Notes: generated from the letters alone by a model not told the origin. Counted from the stretch's first letter, positions 1-10,235 are shown. The stretch: 64,000 bases of DNA from an uncultured Chloroflexia bacterium (GCA_963707215.1 CAVPPB010000003.1:384001-448000), one strand, 5' to 3'. A program made the numbers and translations.

Positions 1-3000
1 CTCGACCCCCAGCTTGCCGAGGATGTTCGAGACGTGGACGCTCGCGGTCTTGCGGCTGATGTCGAGCGCCTCCGCGATGTCCCGATTCGACCAGCCAGCG
101 CCCACGTAGCGGAGCACCTCGCGCTCGCGGGGTGTCAGGCCGATGGCCGCGTGGGTCGGCTGATCCGCTATCTCCGTGTGGGCCGTGGCCGCCCCGGGTG
201 ACGCATCCGCGAGGTCGATCCTGGCGACCTGGGCCGACCGATGGACGGCGTCGCCCAGCAGGCGGGCTCCGAGCCCATCCGCCGATCGGGCGGCCGCGAC
301 CAACGACGTCCGCGCGCCGGTCCGATCGCCGGCTCGGAGCCCGGCTTCCCCGGCCCGGTACAGGGCATAGGCCTCCGGCAGCGGCCGACCCACGGCCCGC
401 CAGGCCCCGGCGGTCGCCTGCCACGCGTCGGGATCGGACGCGCCCTCGAGCCGGGACATCTCCGCACGCAGTTGGCCGACGATCGCTGCGGCCCGTGGGT
501 CGATGGCGCGGGCCACGGCCTCCTGCTCGGCGAGGTCGCCATCGGGCAGCCAATCGCGCATCCAGTCGAGGATGGTCCTGCTCCGCTCACCGGCCAGGCC
601 CAGCCCGGCGACGTCCCCGATCGCCCTGGCCGTCTCGGCCACGTCCGCCTCGACCCTCAGGCCGAGGGCGCCGATCCAGGCGAGCGCGGGGTCCGGGACC
701 ATCCCGACCGTGGGGATCGCGAGCGCCCTGTCGGCGATCGCTCTCGCTTCGTCCGTCGTCCCGGCCCAGACGGCCAGCTCCATCCCCGCCTCCAGGAGTC
801 GGGTCCTCGGGTCAGGCCCACCCATCGCGCCACCCCGCGCCGATGCGATGGCGCCCTCGGCAGAGGACAGTTCCGTGCCCGCCTCCTCGATCCGACCTGC
901 CGCGGCCAGCGACCGCGACAGCTGGGCCCGCAGCAGCGCCTCGGCGCGCGGCATCGTGCCGGCCGCCAGGGTCTCGCGGATCGTCCGCTCGGACTCGTCC
1001 CAGCGGCCGAGGTGGAACAGCATCCTCGCCTCGTGCGCTCGCAGGTGGCCGCCGAAGACGCGGCGCAGACCCAGCCGGTCCACCTCCGCATAACCCTCCC
1101 GGGCGACCCGCAGTGCGTCGGCCGAGCGCCCGGCGCGGTCGAGGACCGACACGAGATTCGTGTAGCCGAGCGCGAGCCCCTCGACGGAGCCGACGAGCTC
1201 GGCGATCCTGATGGCTTGCCGGAACCGCTCCAGGCCGTCGTCGACCCGGCCGAATGAGGCGATGGCCCAGCCCTCGATGCCCAGCCCGAGCGCCTCTTCC
1301 GGCAGCGCGTTGGCGGCCCGCGCGATCCGGATAGCGGCACGAGCGCCGACGAGTGCCTCGCGGGCACGCCCGGCCATCATGTCGAGGCCTGCCGCGTGGG
1401 CGAGCGCGCGAGCGCGCTCACGCGAGGGTGGCTCCCGAGGGATCAGGCGAAGCGCCTCCCGGACCGCCGCCTCGGCAGCGGCCGGGTCGCCGGCCTCCCA
1501 CAGGAACCAGCGGAGCCGCTCCTGGAGGCTGCCGGACCGGGCGGGCTCGCCGGCCGGATCGACCAGTGCGACGGCCTCTCGGATCAGAGCGAGCGACGTC
1601 CCATAGTCGCCCTCCATCGCGGCCATCTCGGCGGTCCGGTCCAGCAGCTCTGGCCGATCGAGGCCGGTCAGCGTCTCTGCGTCGGGGACGCCCGACCAGA
1701 GATCCAGGATCCGCTCAAAGTGACGGCGGGCCGTCCCGAAGGCATAGACGCGGACGGCCATGAGGGCAGCCTGGGCATGGGCTGCCAAGGCCGCCTCCGG
1801 ATCGCCGGCAGCGTCCCAGTGGTGGGCCAGGATCGACGGCCCGACGGAGGCGGGCGCGGTCGTCGCGCGATGCGCCAGGGCGGTCGCCAGAGCGGCATGG
1901 AGGCGAGTCCGCTCGCCCGGCAGGAGCTCGTCATACAGGGCGTCCTGCAGGAGCGCGTGACGGAAGGCGTAGCCGTCGAAGGCGACCGATCGATCGACCA
2001 CGCGGACCAGGACCCCGTTGGCTTCGGCGTTGCGCAGGGCGCTGGCCACCGCAGGATGTGAAGCGCCGAGGGCTTCCGCGAGCAGGTCATCGTCGATCCG
2101 CAGGCCGATGGCCGACGCGGCCCTGACGATCGCCTCGGTTCCCTCGTCCAGGCTGGCGAGGCGGGTCAGGAGGATCTCGCGAAGGCGACCGGGAACCGAC
2201 GCCCACTCACCACGGGCGGCGGCCTCGGCCAGCTCCTCGGCCAGGAATGGGTTCCCACCGGAGCGCTCGGCGATCCGACCCGCCACGTCCCGGTCGGCGT
2301 CGCCGAGGATCGCGGTGACGAGGGCCCCGACCTCGTCGCGCGTCAGCGGGCCGAGGTCGACGCGCTCGGACCCGGGCAGCCGCTCGAGCTCGACGAGCCA
2401 CGACCTCAGCCCCTCCGAGACGGTCGGTTCGTCGGTCCGGACGGTGAGCGCGAGCAGGACCGGCTGGGCACCGAGGCTCCGGGCGGTGAACGCCAGCAGG
2501 TCGCGGCTGGCTCGGTCGGCCCAATGGACGTCCTCGATCGCGACGATGAGCGGAGCTGATCGGGCGAGGCGCTCGAAGGTCCCGGTGACGAGCTCGTACA
2601 GCCGGACGGCGGCCGTCGGGTCACTGGGGTCGGTGATCGGCGGGACGTCCGCGGACCGGTCCACGAGCTCCGGCACGAGGCGGGCGAGGTCGCGTCGACC
2701 CGGCCCGAGGATCGCCGGCAGCGCTCCCGGCTCGGCGACGCGAGCCATGTCGCGGAGGACCGCGACCACCGGGACGTACGGCGCGGCCCGGCCGCCCAGC
2801 GGCAGGCAGGCACCCTCGAGGACCGTGAACCCGTCGGTCCGCGCCTCGGCGAGCATGCGCCCGAGGAGTCGTGTCTTCCCGACGCCGGCCTCCCCGCCGA
2901 TGAGGACCAGCCCGGAGGCCCCGGCTGCCGTCCGCGAAAGGAGGGCACGCAGTCGCCCCGACTCCGCGCTCCTGCCCACGAACGTCCCAGGGCCGGCGAG

Positions 3001-3009
3001 GTCCCCCAT
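1..3009 (-). CDS. Large ATP-binding LuxR-family transcriptional regulator (AAA ATPase plus C-terminal LuxR HTH); 3' end runs off the window
   Basis: Manual translation from ATG 3009: MGDLAGPGTFVGR...LIGGEAGVGKTRL (Walker A). The same frame at the window start reads ALDISRKTASVHVSNILGKLGV (LuxR HTH). Absent from the ORF track because the stop is outside the window. Confidence 0.9.
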   Translation of the reverse strand, partial: MGDLAGPGTFVGRSAESGRLRALLSRTAAGASGLVLIGGEAGVGKTRLLGRMLAEARTDGFTVLEGACLPLGGRAAPYVPVVAVLRDMARVAEPGALPAILGPGRRDLARLVPELVDRSADVPPITDPSDPTAAVRLYELVTGTFERLARSAPLIVAIEDVHWADRASRDLLAFTARSLGAQPVLLALTVRTDEPTVSEGLRSWLVELERLPGSERVDLGPLTRDEVGALVTAILGDADRDVAGRIAERSGGNPFLAEELAEAAARGEWASVPGRLREILLTRLASLDEGTEAIVRAASAIGLRIDDDLLAEALGASHPAVASALRNAEANGVLVRVVDRSVAFDGYAFRHALLQDALYDELLPGERTRLHAALATALAHRATTAPASVGPSILAHHWDAAGDPEAALAAHAQAALMAVRVYAFGTARRHFERILDLWSGVPDAETLTGLDRPELLDRTAEMAAMEGDYGTSLALIREAVALVDPAGEPARSGSLQERLRWFLWEAGDPAAAEAAVREALRLIPREPPSRERARALAHAAGLDMMAGRAREALVGARAAIRIARAANALPEEALGLGIEGWAIASFGRVDDGLERFRQAIRIAELVGSVEGLALGYTNLVSVLDRAGRSADALRVAREGYAEVDRLGLRRVFGGHLRAHEARMLFHLGRWDESERTIRETLAAGTMPRAEALLRAQLSRSLAAAGRIEEAGTELSSAEGAIASARGGAMGGPDPRTRLLEAGMELAVWAGTTDEARAIADRALAIPTVGMVPDPALAWIGALGLRVEADVAETARAIGDVAGLGLAGERSRTILDWMRDWLPDGDLAEQEAVARAIDPRAAAIVGQLRAEMSRLEGASDPDAWQATAGAWRAVGRPLPEAYALYRAGEAGLRAGDRTGARTSLVAAARSADGLGARLLGDAVHRSAQVARIDLADASPGAATAHTEIADQPTHAAIGLTPREREVLRYVGAGWSNRDIAEALDISRKTASVHVSNILGKLGVE

Positions 3010-3103
3010 GGCGGCCGCATTCTACGAGGGGCAGCCGATCCGACGGACCTGCCACCTGGCCCTGGGCGCGGGACGCGCCCGGCCGGATGCCGATGCGGGG
3101 GCG

Positions 3104-3664
3104 TCATGCGGTCGTACCGAACCGTGCCTCGGGCTCCGCAAGCAGCAGGCGCAGACGGCCACGAGCGCGACACAGCATCGTCCGGGTAGCCGAGTCCGAG
3201 CGACCCATGCGGCCCGCGAGCTCCGGGCCGGAGAGACCGGCCGCCGCCAGCAGCACGACCTCGCGGTCCTGGTCGCGGAGCTCTCCGAGCGCGTCCCGGA
3301 CCCTCCGGTGCTCGTCGTGCCGGACGGCGAGGTCCTCGGTCGCCGGCACAGACCCGTCGGCCCGGAGCCGTGGCTCGGCTCGCTGGGCCACCCGTCGGTG
3401 GCGCCCGTAGCTCATCGCCAGGTTGCTGGCCACCCGATGAAGCCAGGCCCGCGTGTTGTCCGGGGCCCGCCCCGCGGCGATCTCGGCCAGCAGTCGCACG
3501 AACGTCTCCTGGGCCAGATCCTCGGCCTCGCCCGGGTCACGCACGAGTGCCCGGAGATGGGCCTGGATCTCGGGCCCGTAGCGCTCGAAGGCGAGCGCTA
3601 CCTGAGCGTCGGGGGCGTCGGGCCGCGCGCTCGCGGTCGTGCCCCACGTCTCCCTCACGTCCAT
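3104..3664 (-). CDS. ECF sigma-70 family RNA polymerase sigma factor
   Basis: Region 2 AEDLAQETFVRL...AWLHRVASNL; region 4 REVVLLAAAGLSGPELAGRMG...RARGRL. Confidence 0.88.
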   Translation of the reverse strand: MDVRETWGTTASARPDAPDAQVALAFERYGPEIQAHLRALVRDPGEAEDLAQETFVRLLAEIAAGRAPDNTRAWLHRVASNLAMSYGRHRRVAQRAEPRLRADGSVPATEDLAVRHDEHRRVRDALGELRDQDREVVLLAAAGLSGPELAGRMGRSDSATRTMLCRARGRLRLLLAEPEARFGTTA

Positions 3665-3839
3665 CGTCGGTCCCTTTCGATCGTCGGATCGAGTCCTCGA
3701 GCCGATCCGGGACCGACGATGGGTCTAGGCCGGGGGTCTGGGCATCGGGCAGCTGCCCTACGGAGGCGAGAGGATCCGGCGAGCTGAATCCGACGACCCG
3801 GGGGCGCCGCCTACCGGCGCTCCACTCGGCCGCTCGCGT

Positions 3840-4907
3840 CTACCAATCCTCGTGGACCGACACCGCCAGGTCGCTCATCCCTTCGAGCGAGTAGATCCGC
3901 TTCGTCCCGAAGCCCTTGACCTCGACCTCGCCGCGGTCTTGGACCGACACGTCGTCGCGGATGAGCTCGTAGAGGTCCTCGGCCATCATGATCCCCATGG
4001 GATCCGCGAGTGCCTCCATCCGGGCCGCCAGTCCGACGCCGGGCCCGAAGATGTCGTAGACGTACTTCTGGACGCCGATGATCGACCCGACGACGGGACC
4101 CGCGTTGATGCCGATCCGGCAGATCCACTGGTTCGACTGGGTGGCATTCCGGCGCTGGAGGTAGCGGACCATCCGGAGCGCGATCCGGGCGATGTTGCGG
4201 GGGTCGTCGGCTCCGGGCTCGGGGACGCCGCAGACCGCCATGTAAGCGTCGCCGATCGTCTTGAGCCGCTCGCCGCCGAACTGCTCCACGATCCGGTCGA
4301 ACGACGTGAAGATGTCGTTGAGCTCCGCGACGAGGGCCGGCGGATCGGCCGCGATGTCCATGTCGGTCGACGACACGAAGTCGAGCATGAGGACGGCAGC
4401 CCGGTCGAACCGCTGCGGCGCCGTGACCCCGAACTCCTTCCACTCCTCGTAGATCGTCCGGGGCATGATGTTGAGGAGGAGCTTCTCGACCCGCTCCTTC
4501 TCCTTGCGCAGGTCGCGGTTCTGGCGCTCGACCATCTTCGAGTACGACTCGACCATGTACTCGAGCTCCTTGAGCTTCGTCACGTTCACGCACTCGACGA
4601 CGAGCAGGTCAGTGCCGTCACCCTCGTGGTGCTTGACGTCGACGGCGATCGTCATCGCCCGACGGTTGACCTTCAGCTCGAGCTCGGTGCGGTAGGGCCG
4701 GTCACCGTCGAGGCGCGAGCGCATCCGCTCGACGTCGAGGCCCTCCAGGAGCTCGTCGAGGGGCGGATCGCCTTCGCCGGAGGCCGGGAACCACTCCTTG
4801 AAGCGAGCGTTGGCGAAGCGGATCACAAGGGTCTCGGGATCGGCCAGGGCGAGCCCGACCCCAGCGGACTCGAGGAGCAGCCGGTTGAACCGGTCGAGAT
4901 CCATCAC
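3840..4907 (-). CDS. PAS-domain class III adenylate/guanylate cyclase
   Basis: N-terminal PAS-like segment (IRFANARF), coiled coil EKERVEKLLLNIMP, cyclase motifs LKTIGDAYMAVCG, RIGINAGPVVGSIIG and YDIFG..LAARME. Confidence 0.92.
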   Translation of the reverse strand: MMDLDRFNRLLLESAGVGLALADPETLVIRFANARFKEWFPASGEGDPPLDELLEGLDVERMRSRLDGDRPYRTELELKVNRRAMTIAVDVKHHEGDGTDLLVVECVNVTKLKELEYMVESYSKMVERQNRDLRKEKERVEKLLLNIMPRTIYEEWKEFGVTAPQRFDRAAVLMLDFVSSTDMDIAADPPALVAELNDIFTSFDRIVEQFGGERLKTIGDAYMAVCGVPEPGADDPRNIARIALRMVRYLQRRNATQSNQWICRIGINAGPVVGSIIGVQKYVYDIFGPGVGLAARMEALADPMGIMMAEDLYELIRDDVSVQDRGEVEVKGFGTKRIYSLEGMSDLAVSVHEDW

Positions 4908-5290
4908 CCCGCCGCGGCGGTCGGGCTACCCGGGGCGGCGATGATCCACGGGGCGCGGACACGGAGCTCGTGGAGGACGCTGGCGACGTCGCCATCCTCC
5001 ATCTCGAAGTCCTCGAGCGCCTCCCGCATCGTCTCGATCATCACTTCGAACGAGGGGCGATCGATGCCGAGCCGGGCATGGACCTGGGCGAGGTGCTCGT
5101 TCGTGTAGCTCGCCGGCCCGCCCATCAGGAAGGCCATGAACTTCGTCTGGTGATCGATGAGCCGTCGCATATCGACGTCCTCGAAGTAGGGAGCGAGGAC
5201 ATCGGAATCGAGCACCTTGTCGTAGAAGGCCAGCACGACGCGGCTCAGGAACGGGAAGCCACCGTATCGCTCGAGGATGCTCCTGGCCAT
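4904..5290 (-). CDS. Group I truncated (2/2) hemoglobin, GlbN-like
   Basis: ERYGG...FYDKVLDS.VLAPYF..DMRRLIDHQTKFM...GGP..Y....L...HARLGI pattern; 4-bp overlap with the cyclase gene. Confidence 0.88.
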   Translation of the reverse strand: MARSILERYGGFPFLSRVVLAFYDKVLDSDVLAPYFEDVDMRRLIDHQTKFMAFLMGGPASYTNEHLAQVHARLGIDRPSFEVMIETMREALEDFEMEDGDVASVLHELRVRAPWIIAAPGSPTAAAG

Positions 5291-5449
5291 CCGCCACCTC
5301 CACTCCGGAGGCCCACCTTACCGTCGGCGTCGCGGAGCGTCCACCCGACGGATGGCCCGGCCGGGACTCCGTCATCCGACGTACGCCGGGTCGGTCGAGC
5401 GCCGGCGACGGTCCCCGGGTCGGTGCCGGCCTCCGTGGTCCCGGTCGGA

Positions 5450-5938
5450 TCACCCTGCGGGACGGAGGGCCCACTCGCGCCGATAGCCGAAGCCACGGCG
5501 ATTATCGACCAGGCGGATCCAGCCGGGACGAAGCCCGTAGAGCCAGTTGCCCTCCACGATCTCGGCCAGCTCGGCCACGATCGGGAACTTGCGTCGGTAG
5601 GCGTCCCAGGCCGCGTCCCAGGCGGCGCCGGAGGGGATCGGAGCGAACGTCCCCACGACCTGGAGGCCGCGGATCCGGGTCCAGTCCGTGACCACCGGGT
5701 AGATGGCGGCGGCCATCCTCGGATCCTCGATGGCGTGGCGGACGTGGACGCTGTCGGGGTCCGAGAAGAAGACGAGGTGCAGGTCCGCCTCCGCGGCGAA
5801 GAAGACCGGGGCGGCATGGGACTCGCCTGCTCGGCTCGAGGTGGCGAGCGTCATCGTCGAGATCGAGAGCAGCTCGAGGACGGCCTCGTCCTCCCAGGGC
5901 AGGCTGGAGGATCCGTCCGACTCACGCCATGACGCCAC
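5450..5938 (-). CDS. Pyridoxamine 5'-phosphate oxidase-like split-barrel protein (YhbP-like); start uncertain
   Basis: TMTLATS...HAAPVFF...FFSDPDSVH...IRGLQVVG...DNRRGFG. Confidence 0.75.
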   Translation of the reverse strand: MASWRESDGSSSLPWEDEAVLELLSISTMTLATSSRAGESHAAPVFFAAEADLHLVFFSDPDSVHVRHAIEDPRMAAAIYPVVTDWTRIRGLQVVGTFAPIPSGAAWDAAWDAYRRKFPIVAELAEIVEGNWLYGLRPGWIRLVDNRRGFGYRREWALRPAG

Positions 5939-6058
5939 GATCGCCCTTTCCTCCCCCTGTTCCGGTGGGCCCCACGCCCTGCCGTACGGTACAGGCCCCG
6001 GTGCTCCGGGCACCCGGATCCTGCGAAGGGCCGCGCCAGCGGACGCTCGAGGCGGATC

Positions 6059-6883
6059 TCAGCCGCGGCGGGCCAGGAAGCCGAGGACCTCGGCCGTCGA
6101 GCGCTCGGGGTCCTGCCAGAAGTAGCCATGCCGACACCCGGGGACGGTCCGCAGCTCGGCGTCGGGCAGGTGGGCGGCGAGGTACTCCGACTGCTCGAGG
6201 TGGGAGCCGGTCCCCCCGACGTGGGTGTCGAGCTCGCCGACGAGGACCAGCGTCGGCTGCCCGATCCGGTCGAGCAGCTCGGCAGTCTGGTGGCCCTGGC
6301 GGGCGACCACGTGCTTGAGGTAATCGCGGAGCGATGGGCGGTGCTCCCAGAAGGCCGAGATCAGGCGATCCACGACCTCGGGCTGTCGCTCGATGAATGC
6401 CGGCGTGAAGAGCGTCGTCCGGATCTGGTGCGCGATATAGCCCTCGTAGCCGAGCTCGATCATCGTCTCGGCCGCGGCGAGCGGGATCCCGCGCGCCTGC
6501 GGACGATCGGCCCGGGACTGGCCCGGGCCCGAGGCTGCCAGGATGAGGGTGGCGACCCGCTCCGGGGCATCGAGCGCCATCCACTGGGCGACCCGGCCAC
6601 CCATCGAGTGGCCCAGGACGTGCGCTCGGTCGACCCCGAGCTCTTCCAGCAGGCCGATGGCATCGGCGGCGAACAGGCGGGTCGTGTACTCGTCGGCTGT
6701 CCCCGGTGTCGCACCCGTGCCCCGATGGTCGAAGGTGACGACCGTGTGGCGCTGAGCAAGCGGCCCCACCAGCGCATCGGGCCAGGTCGCACCCGGGTAG
6801 CCGGTGCCGGCAACGAGCATGAGGACCGGGCCCTGCCCGTGGACCCGGTGCGCGAGGGGAACGGGACCGTCGTTCGACGCCAT
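6059..6883 (-). CDS. Alpha/beta fold hydrolase
   Basis: FDHRGTG, nucleophile motif GHSMGG, PTLVLVGELD, C-terminal His. Confidence 0.9.
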   Translation of the reverse strand: MASNDGPVPLAHRVHGQGPVLMLVAGTGYPGATWPDALVGPLAQRHTVVTFDHRGTGATPGTADEYTTRLFAADAIGLLEELGVDRAHVLGHSMGGRVAQWMALDAPERVATLILAASGPGQSRADRPQARGIPLAAAETMIELGYEGYIAHQIRTTLFTPAFIERQPEVVDRLISAFWEHRPSLRDYLKHVVARQGHQTAELLDRIGQPTLVLVGELDTHVGGTGSHLEQSEYLAAHLPDAELRTVPGCRHGYFWQDPERSTAEVLGFLARRG

Positions 6884-7122
6884 CGAGCGCCTCAGGACCC
6901 GGAGACCGGGGCCGGGACGAAGGTCGCGATACCGCCGGCGGGAACGATGCACGCGAGCCGTGTCGCGCCGGTGTCGGCGGCGAGCAGCTGTCGCCGATCC
7001 CGTTCGTCGAGCATGCGAACACCATACGTGAGCCCGCAACGGCGCCGCGCTGCGGCTCGCGAGGCTGCAGCGAGGGGCCCGACGATCACACGTCGTCGGG
7101 CCCCGGTCGCTACGTCTGCGCC

Positions 7123-7377
7123 TCAGCCGTTCGCGCAGTGCTCCCCGCCCTGGCCCTGCCCGGCCCCCGGCGTGCCGACCGGCGGGAGCGGCAGGCTCAG
7201 GCCGGCCTGACCGGTGAGCGCTTCCTTGGCCATCCCGTTGTCGTTGCCGGGGCTACCGGCGGCATCGGCCGCGCAGGCCGATGACGGGATGACGACGTGG
7301 TGGAACGCGAGCGCCGGGGCCGGCAGAACGAGCACCGCGGCAAGCCCGAAGATCGCAGCGAGACGCCTCATGTTCAC
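7123..7377 (-). CDS. Small secreted hypothetical protein
   Basis: Signal peptide MNMRRLAAIFGLAAVLVLPAPALA; AGGAGG ribosome-binding site upstream; two Cys. Confidence 0.65.
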   Translation of the reverse strand: MNMRRLAAIFGLAAVLVLPAPALAFHHVVIPSSACAADAAGSPGNDNGMAKEALTGQAGLSLPLPPVGTPGAGQGQGGEHCANG

Positions 7378-7616
7378 CCTCCTGAGCCTGGACTGGATGC
7401 AGGTGTGTACGTCGTCATCGCAGCGATGGTTTCGACCGCTGCCACCCGAACCGCCCCGGCTGGATCATCCCTCCACCGGGCCGACGCGCGGGGCGAGCTC
7501 GCCTGGGCTCGGCAGGCGCGGTACGCTCTTGCCGCGTCCCGTAGCTCCGCAACAGCGAGTTCACCATGGAACGAGCCAGCGGGATCGAGTCGCGGGCTGA
7601 CCCGGGACCCGGGGCG

Positions 7617-7910
7617 ATGGGCTATGCGAGGGTCGCCACCTGGACCGTCGGGTTCTGGCTCCTGTGCTACGCGATCGGCGCCCTGGCCTTCGGGCTTCTG
7701 ACCGTCGGGATCCTCGTGGTCGGCGTCGTGCTCGTGCAGATCCCGGTTGCGGCGGGCATGGTCGCCTACCTCGTGGGCCTGATCCTGGCGGGCCGGCGAT
7801 GCCACCTCCGCGGCGCGACCCAGTGGGCCTGCGCGGCCGTTGTCTCGATCGTCCCCGTCCTCGTCGTGGCGGCCGTATCGGTCCTGGCACTGGCAGCGCT
7901 CGGCGTCTGA
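7617..7910 (+). CDS. Small hypothetical membrane protein (about 3 TM)
   Basis: Strongly hydrophobic ORF MGYARVATWTVGFWLL... Confidence 0.55.
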   Translation: MGYARVATWTVGFWLLCYAIGALAFGLLTVGILVVGVVLVQIPVAAGMVAYLVGLILAGRRCHLRGATQWACAAVVSIVPVLVVAAVSVLALAALGV

Positions 7911-8150
7911 ACCCCGGCCTGCCCGTTCGCCTGGCCCGCTCGGGTACCGCCCAGCCTCCACGGGGTCCCACCGTACCGACCCCCGGCCGCCGACCCGGCG
8001 GGGCCTGACTCGATGGCGTCGACGACGAGCAAGGCCGCCGCAGCAGGAGCGATCACCAGCCCGACGAATAGCATGAGCACGCTCACCACTGGAAGCTGAC
8101 GCCGCGAGGTGGCTGGGCCGTGCCGACAGGGCCCACCGCGCCCCCTGCTG

Positions 8151-8543
8151 TCAGGCGTCCCCGATCACGGCGATGGCCTGGATCTCGACGAGCATCTCGG
8201 GCCGCGCGAACCCTGTGACGGTGATCAGGGCGCTGGCCGGGAACCCGTCGGGGAAGTAGCCCTTGCGGATCTGGGTGAACTCCTCGCCGTGCCGCGGATC
8301 GAGGATGAAGACGGTCATCGTGACGATGTCGGCCAGTCGACCGCCACAGCGGTCGAGCGTGCCCGCGATCTCCCGGAACGTGGCGTGGACCTGCCCCGCG
8401 AAGTCGCCCCGCAGGACGCGCCCCGTGTCATCCCGCCAGGCACCGACACCAGCCAACCAGACGAGACGACCGCCGGTCGTGACGACCGCCGGCGAGAAGG
8501 CGCGCTCCGCCTCCCAGGTCCCGGTGATGTGCTGCCTTGGCAT
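8151..8543 (-). CDS. RidA/YjgF family protein
   Basis: FSPAV...VWLAG...DIVTMTVFI...FPASALITVTGFARPEMLVEIQAIA. Confidence 0.88.
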   Translation of the reverse strand: MPRQHITGTWEAERAFSPAVVTTGGRLVWLAGVGAWRDDTGRVLRGDFAGQVHATFREIAGTLDRCGGRLADIVTMTVFILDPRHGEEFTQIRKGYFPDGFPASALITVTGFARPEMLVEIQAIAVIGDA

Positions 8544-8765
8544 CGATCCCTCCAGTCCTGCGACGCCGGCCATCCTCGGGGCAGTCTACGGCTGGCGGAC
8601 GATCCGTTCCCGGGATCGCGGGAGAGGCCGCCGTCGTGGTCGCTGCCCTCCTCCTCGCATCCTCCACCGTGCCTCCATGGCCGTTCCATGCAGGGCAGGC
8701 CCAATAGGGATGCGACCCGCGTCACTCCGTGTGGCGTCAGAACGGAGCGAAAGGAACCACGTCCC

Positions 8766-9563
8766 ATGCCGCTGATGACACGATCCCGATCCACCGACCG
8801 CCTCGGTCGACGCCCGGCGGCCCTGCTGGTCGCCGGCCTCGGCGTCGCCCTGGTCGCTGGTGCCTGCGCGCCCGGGGACGTCTCCGACGCAGCCGCGCGG
8901 GGTCCGCTCGATGGCCGTAGCGGCGAGGCCGCAGGGGGCCGCGGGCACGGAGGCGGCACCGGCGTCGGGTCGACCGGTCTCGGGGAACGAGGGGGCGGCC
9001 AGGACGACGATCAGGGGACGAGCCTCGCTCCGCTCCCGATCGCCACCCTGACGGACCAGGAGGTCGAGTCGCTCCTCACCATGCGCGAGGAGGAGAAGCT
9101 CGCCCACGACGTCTACGTGGCCCTCGGCGAGACGTGGGGCAGCCGGATCTTCGAGAACATCGCCCGGGCCGAGGCGAACCACGTCGCGGCGGTCAAGGCC
9201 CTTCTCGATCGCTACGACATCGCCGATCCGGCGGACGACCTGGCCATCGGGGAGTTCACTGATCCCGAGGTCCGGGCGCTGTACGACGAGCTTGTCACCC
9301 GAGGGCGCACGTCCATCACCGAGGCCTTCGCGGTCGGCGCGCAGATCGAGGACCTCGACATCAGCGACCTGCGGGAGCGGGCGACCGACACGCAGGACAT
9401 CGACAAGGTCTTCGATGCCCTCGAGCAGGGGTCCGAGAACCACCTGCGCGCGTTCGTACGGAACCTGGACCGCCTCGGCGTGACGTACACGCCGACCTAT
9501 CTCTCCGCCGAGGAGTACGAGTCGATCATCGGCTCGTCACACGGGCAGGGTAGGCCGGCCTGA
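8766..9563 (+). CDS. DUF2202 family ferritin-like lipoprotein
   Basis: Lipobox-like LVAGAC; MREEEKLAHDVY...IFENIARAEANH...GAQIEDLDISDL...GSENHLRAF. Confidence 0.85.
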   Translation: MPLMTRSRSTDRLGRRPAALLVAGLGVALVAGACAPGDVSDAAARGPLDGRSGEAAGGRGHGGGTGVGSTGLGERGGGQDDDQGTSLAPLPIATLTDQEVESLLTMREEEKLAHDVYVALGETWGSRIFENIARAEANHVAAVKALLDRYDIADPADDLAIGEFTDPEVRALYDELVTRGRTSITEAFAVGAQIEDLDISDLRERATDTQDIDKVFDALEQGSENHLRAFVRNLDRLGVTYTPTYLSAEEYESIIGSSHGQGRPA

Positions 9564-9593
9564 GCGCGGCAACCGACCTCACGGAGGCTTCCC

Positions 9594-10235
9594 ATGACCA
9601 CGGTCACCCTCACGGCAACGCCCATCGCGAGACCCACCCGGGCGCGACTGGTCTTCTATGTCCGCGCGATCGTCGCGATCGCGATGGTCGCGACCTGGGT
9701 GCTGTCCGCGCTCAGCGGGCTGGCGCTGTGGCTGGCCATGGATGGCCCCGGAGCCCTCGAGACTCCGGCAGCTCTCGGGCTGACGAAGCACGCCTGGGAC
9801 GACATCCACGTCGTGGGGTCCTTCCTTGCCATCGGCCTGACGCTCGTGCATGTGTCCTTGATGCGACGAGGCATCGTCGCCTACGCCCGGCTCATCGTGA
9901 CCGGGCGGCGGAGCCTCTCGACCCGGGTCGTCCGGCGGCCCAAGGCGGTCGTGTACGTCCGCGCCGTCGCCGTCGCCGTCTTGGTCGTCCTGGTGCCCCT
10001 GGCCTTCGTCAGCGGCGTCGTCCCGTGGCTGGCACCCGAGGTCCGCCGCGCGGGCCAGCAGGTCCTCCTGCTCGGCCTGACGAAGCACGGATGGGTGGAC
10101 GTCCACACAGCCGCCACGATCGGCGCGATCCTCGTGTCGATGACCCACGTCGTCGTCGTCCGGGCCGGGCTCGTGGCTGATGTGCGCCTCCTCTTGACGG
10201 GCCAGAGGAGCGGCCCTCGGGCTGTCCGTCGCTGA
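9594..10235 (+). CDS. Tandem DUF4405-like (cytochrome b-type) membrane protein
   Basis: Internal duplication: LGLTKHAWDDIH...LVH and LGLTKHGWVDVH...MTH, with paired His residues. Confidence 0.75.
   Translation: MTTVTLTATPIARPTRARLVFYVRAIVAIAMVATWVLSALSGLALWLAMDGPGALETPAALGLTKHAWDDIHVVGSFLAIGLTLVHVSLMRRGIVAYARLIVTGRRSLSTRVVRRPKAVVYVRAVAVAVLVVLVPLAFVSGVVPWLAPEVRRAGQQVLLLGLTKHGWVDVHTAATIGAILVSMTHVVVVRAGLVADVRLLLTGQRSGPRAVRR

Noticed and set aside
132-3787. Long plus-strand ORFs such as 241-1257 and 2018-3787
   Set aside because: Antisense shadows of the minus-strand LuxR-ATPase and sigma genes; Arg/Pro-rich with no motifs.
7028-7036. GTGAGCCCG as the distal att duplication of the tRNA-Lys 3' end
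   Set aside because: Only 9 GC-rich bases match, which is plausible by chance; no convincing att duplication was found.
7766-8089. Minus-strand 107-aa ORF with a hydrophobic N-terminus
   Set aside because: Overlaps the plus-strand membrane ORF and has a low-complexity C-terminus; cannot be supported, though a short gene remnant is possible.
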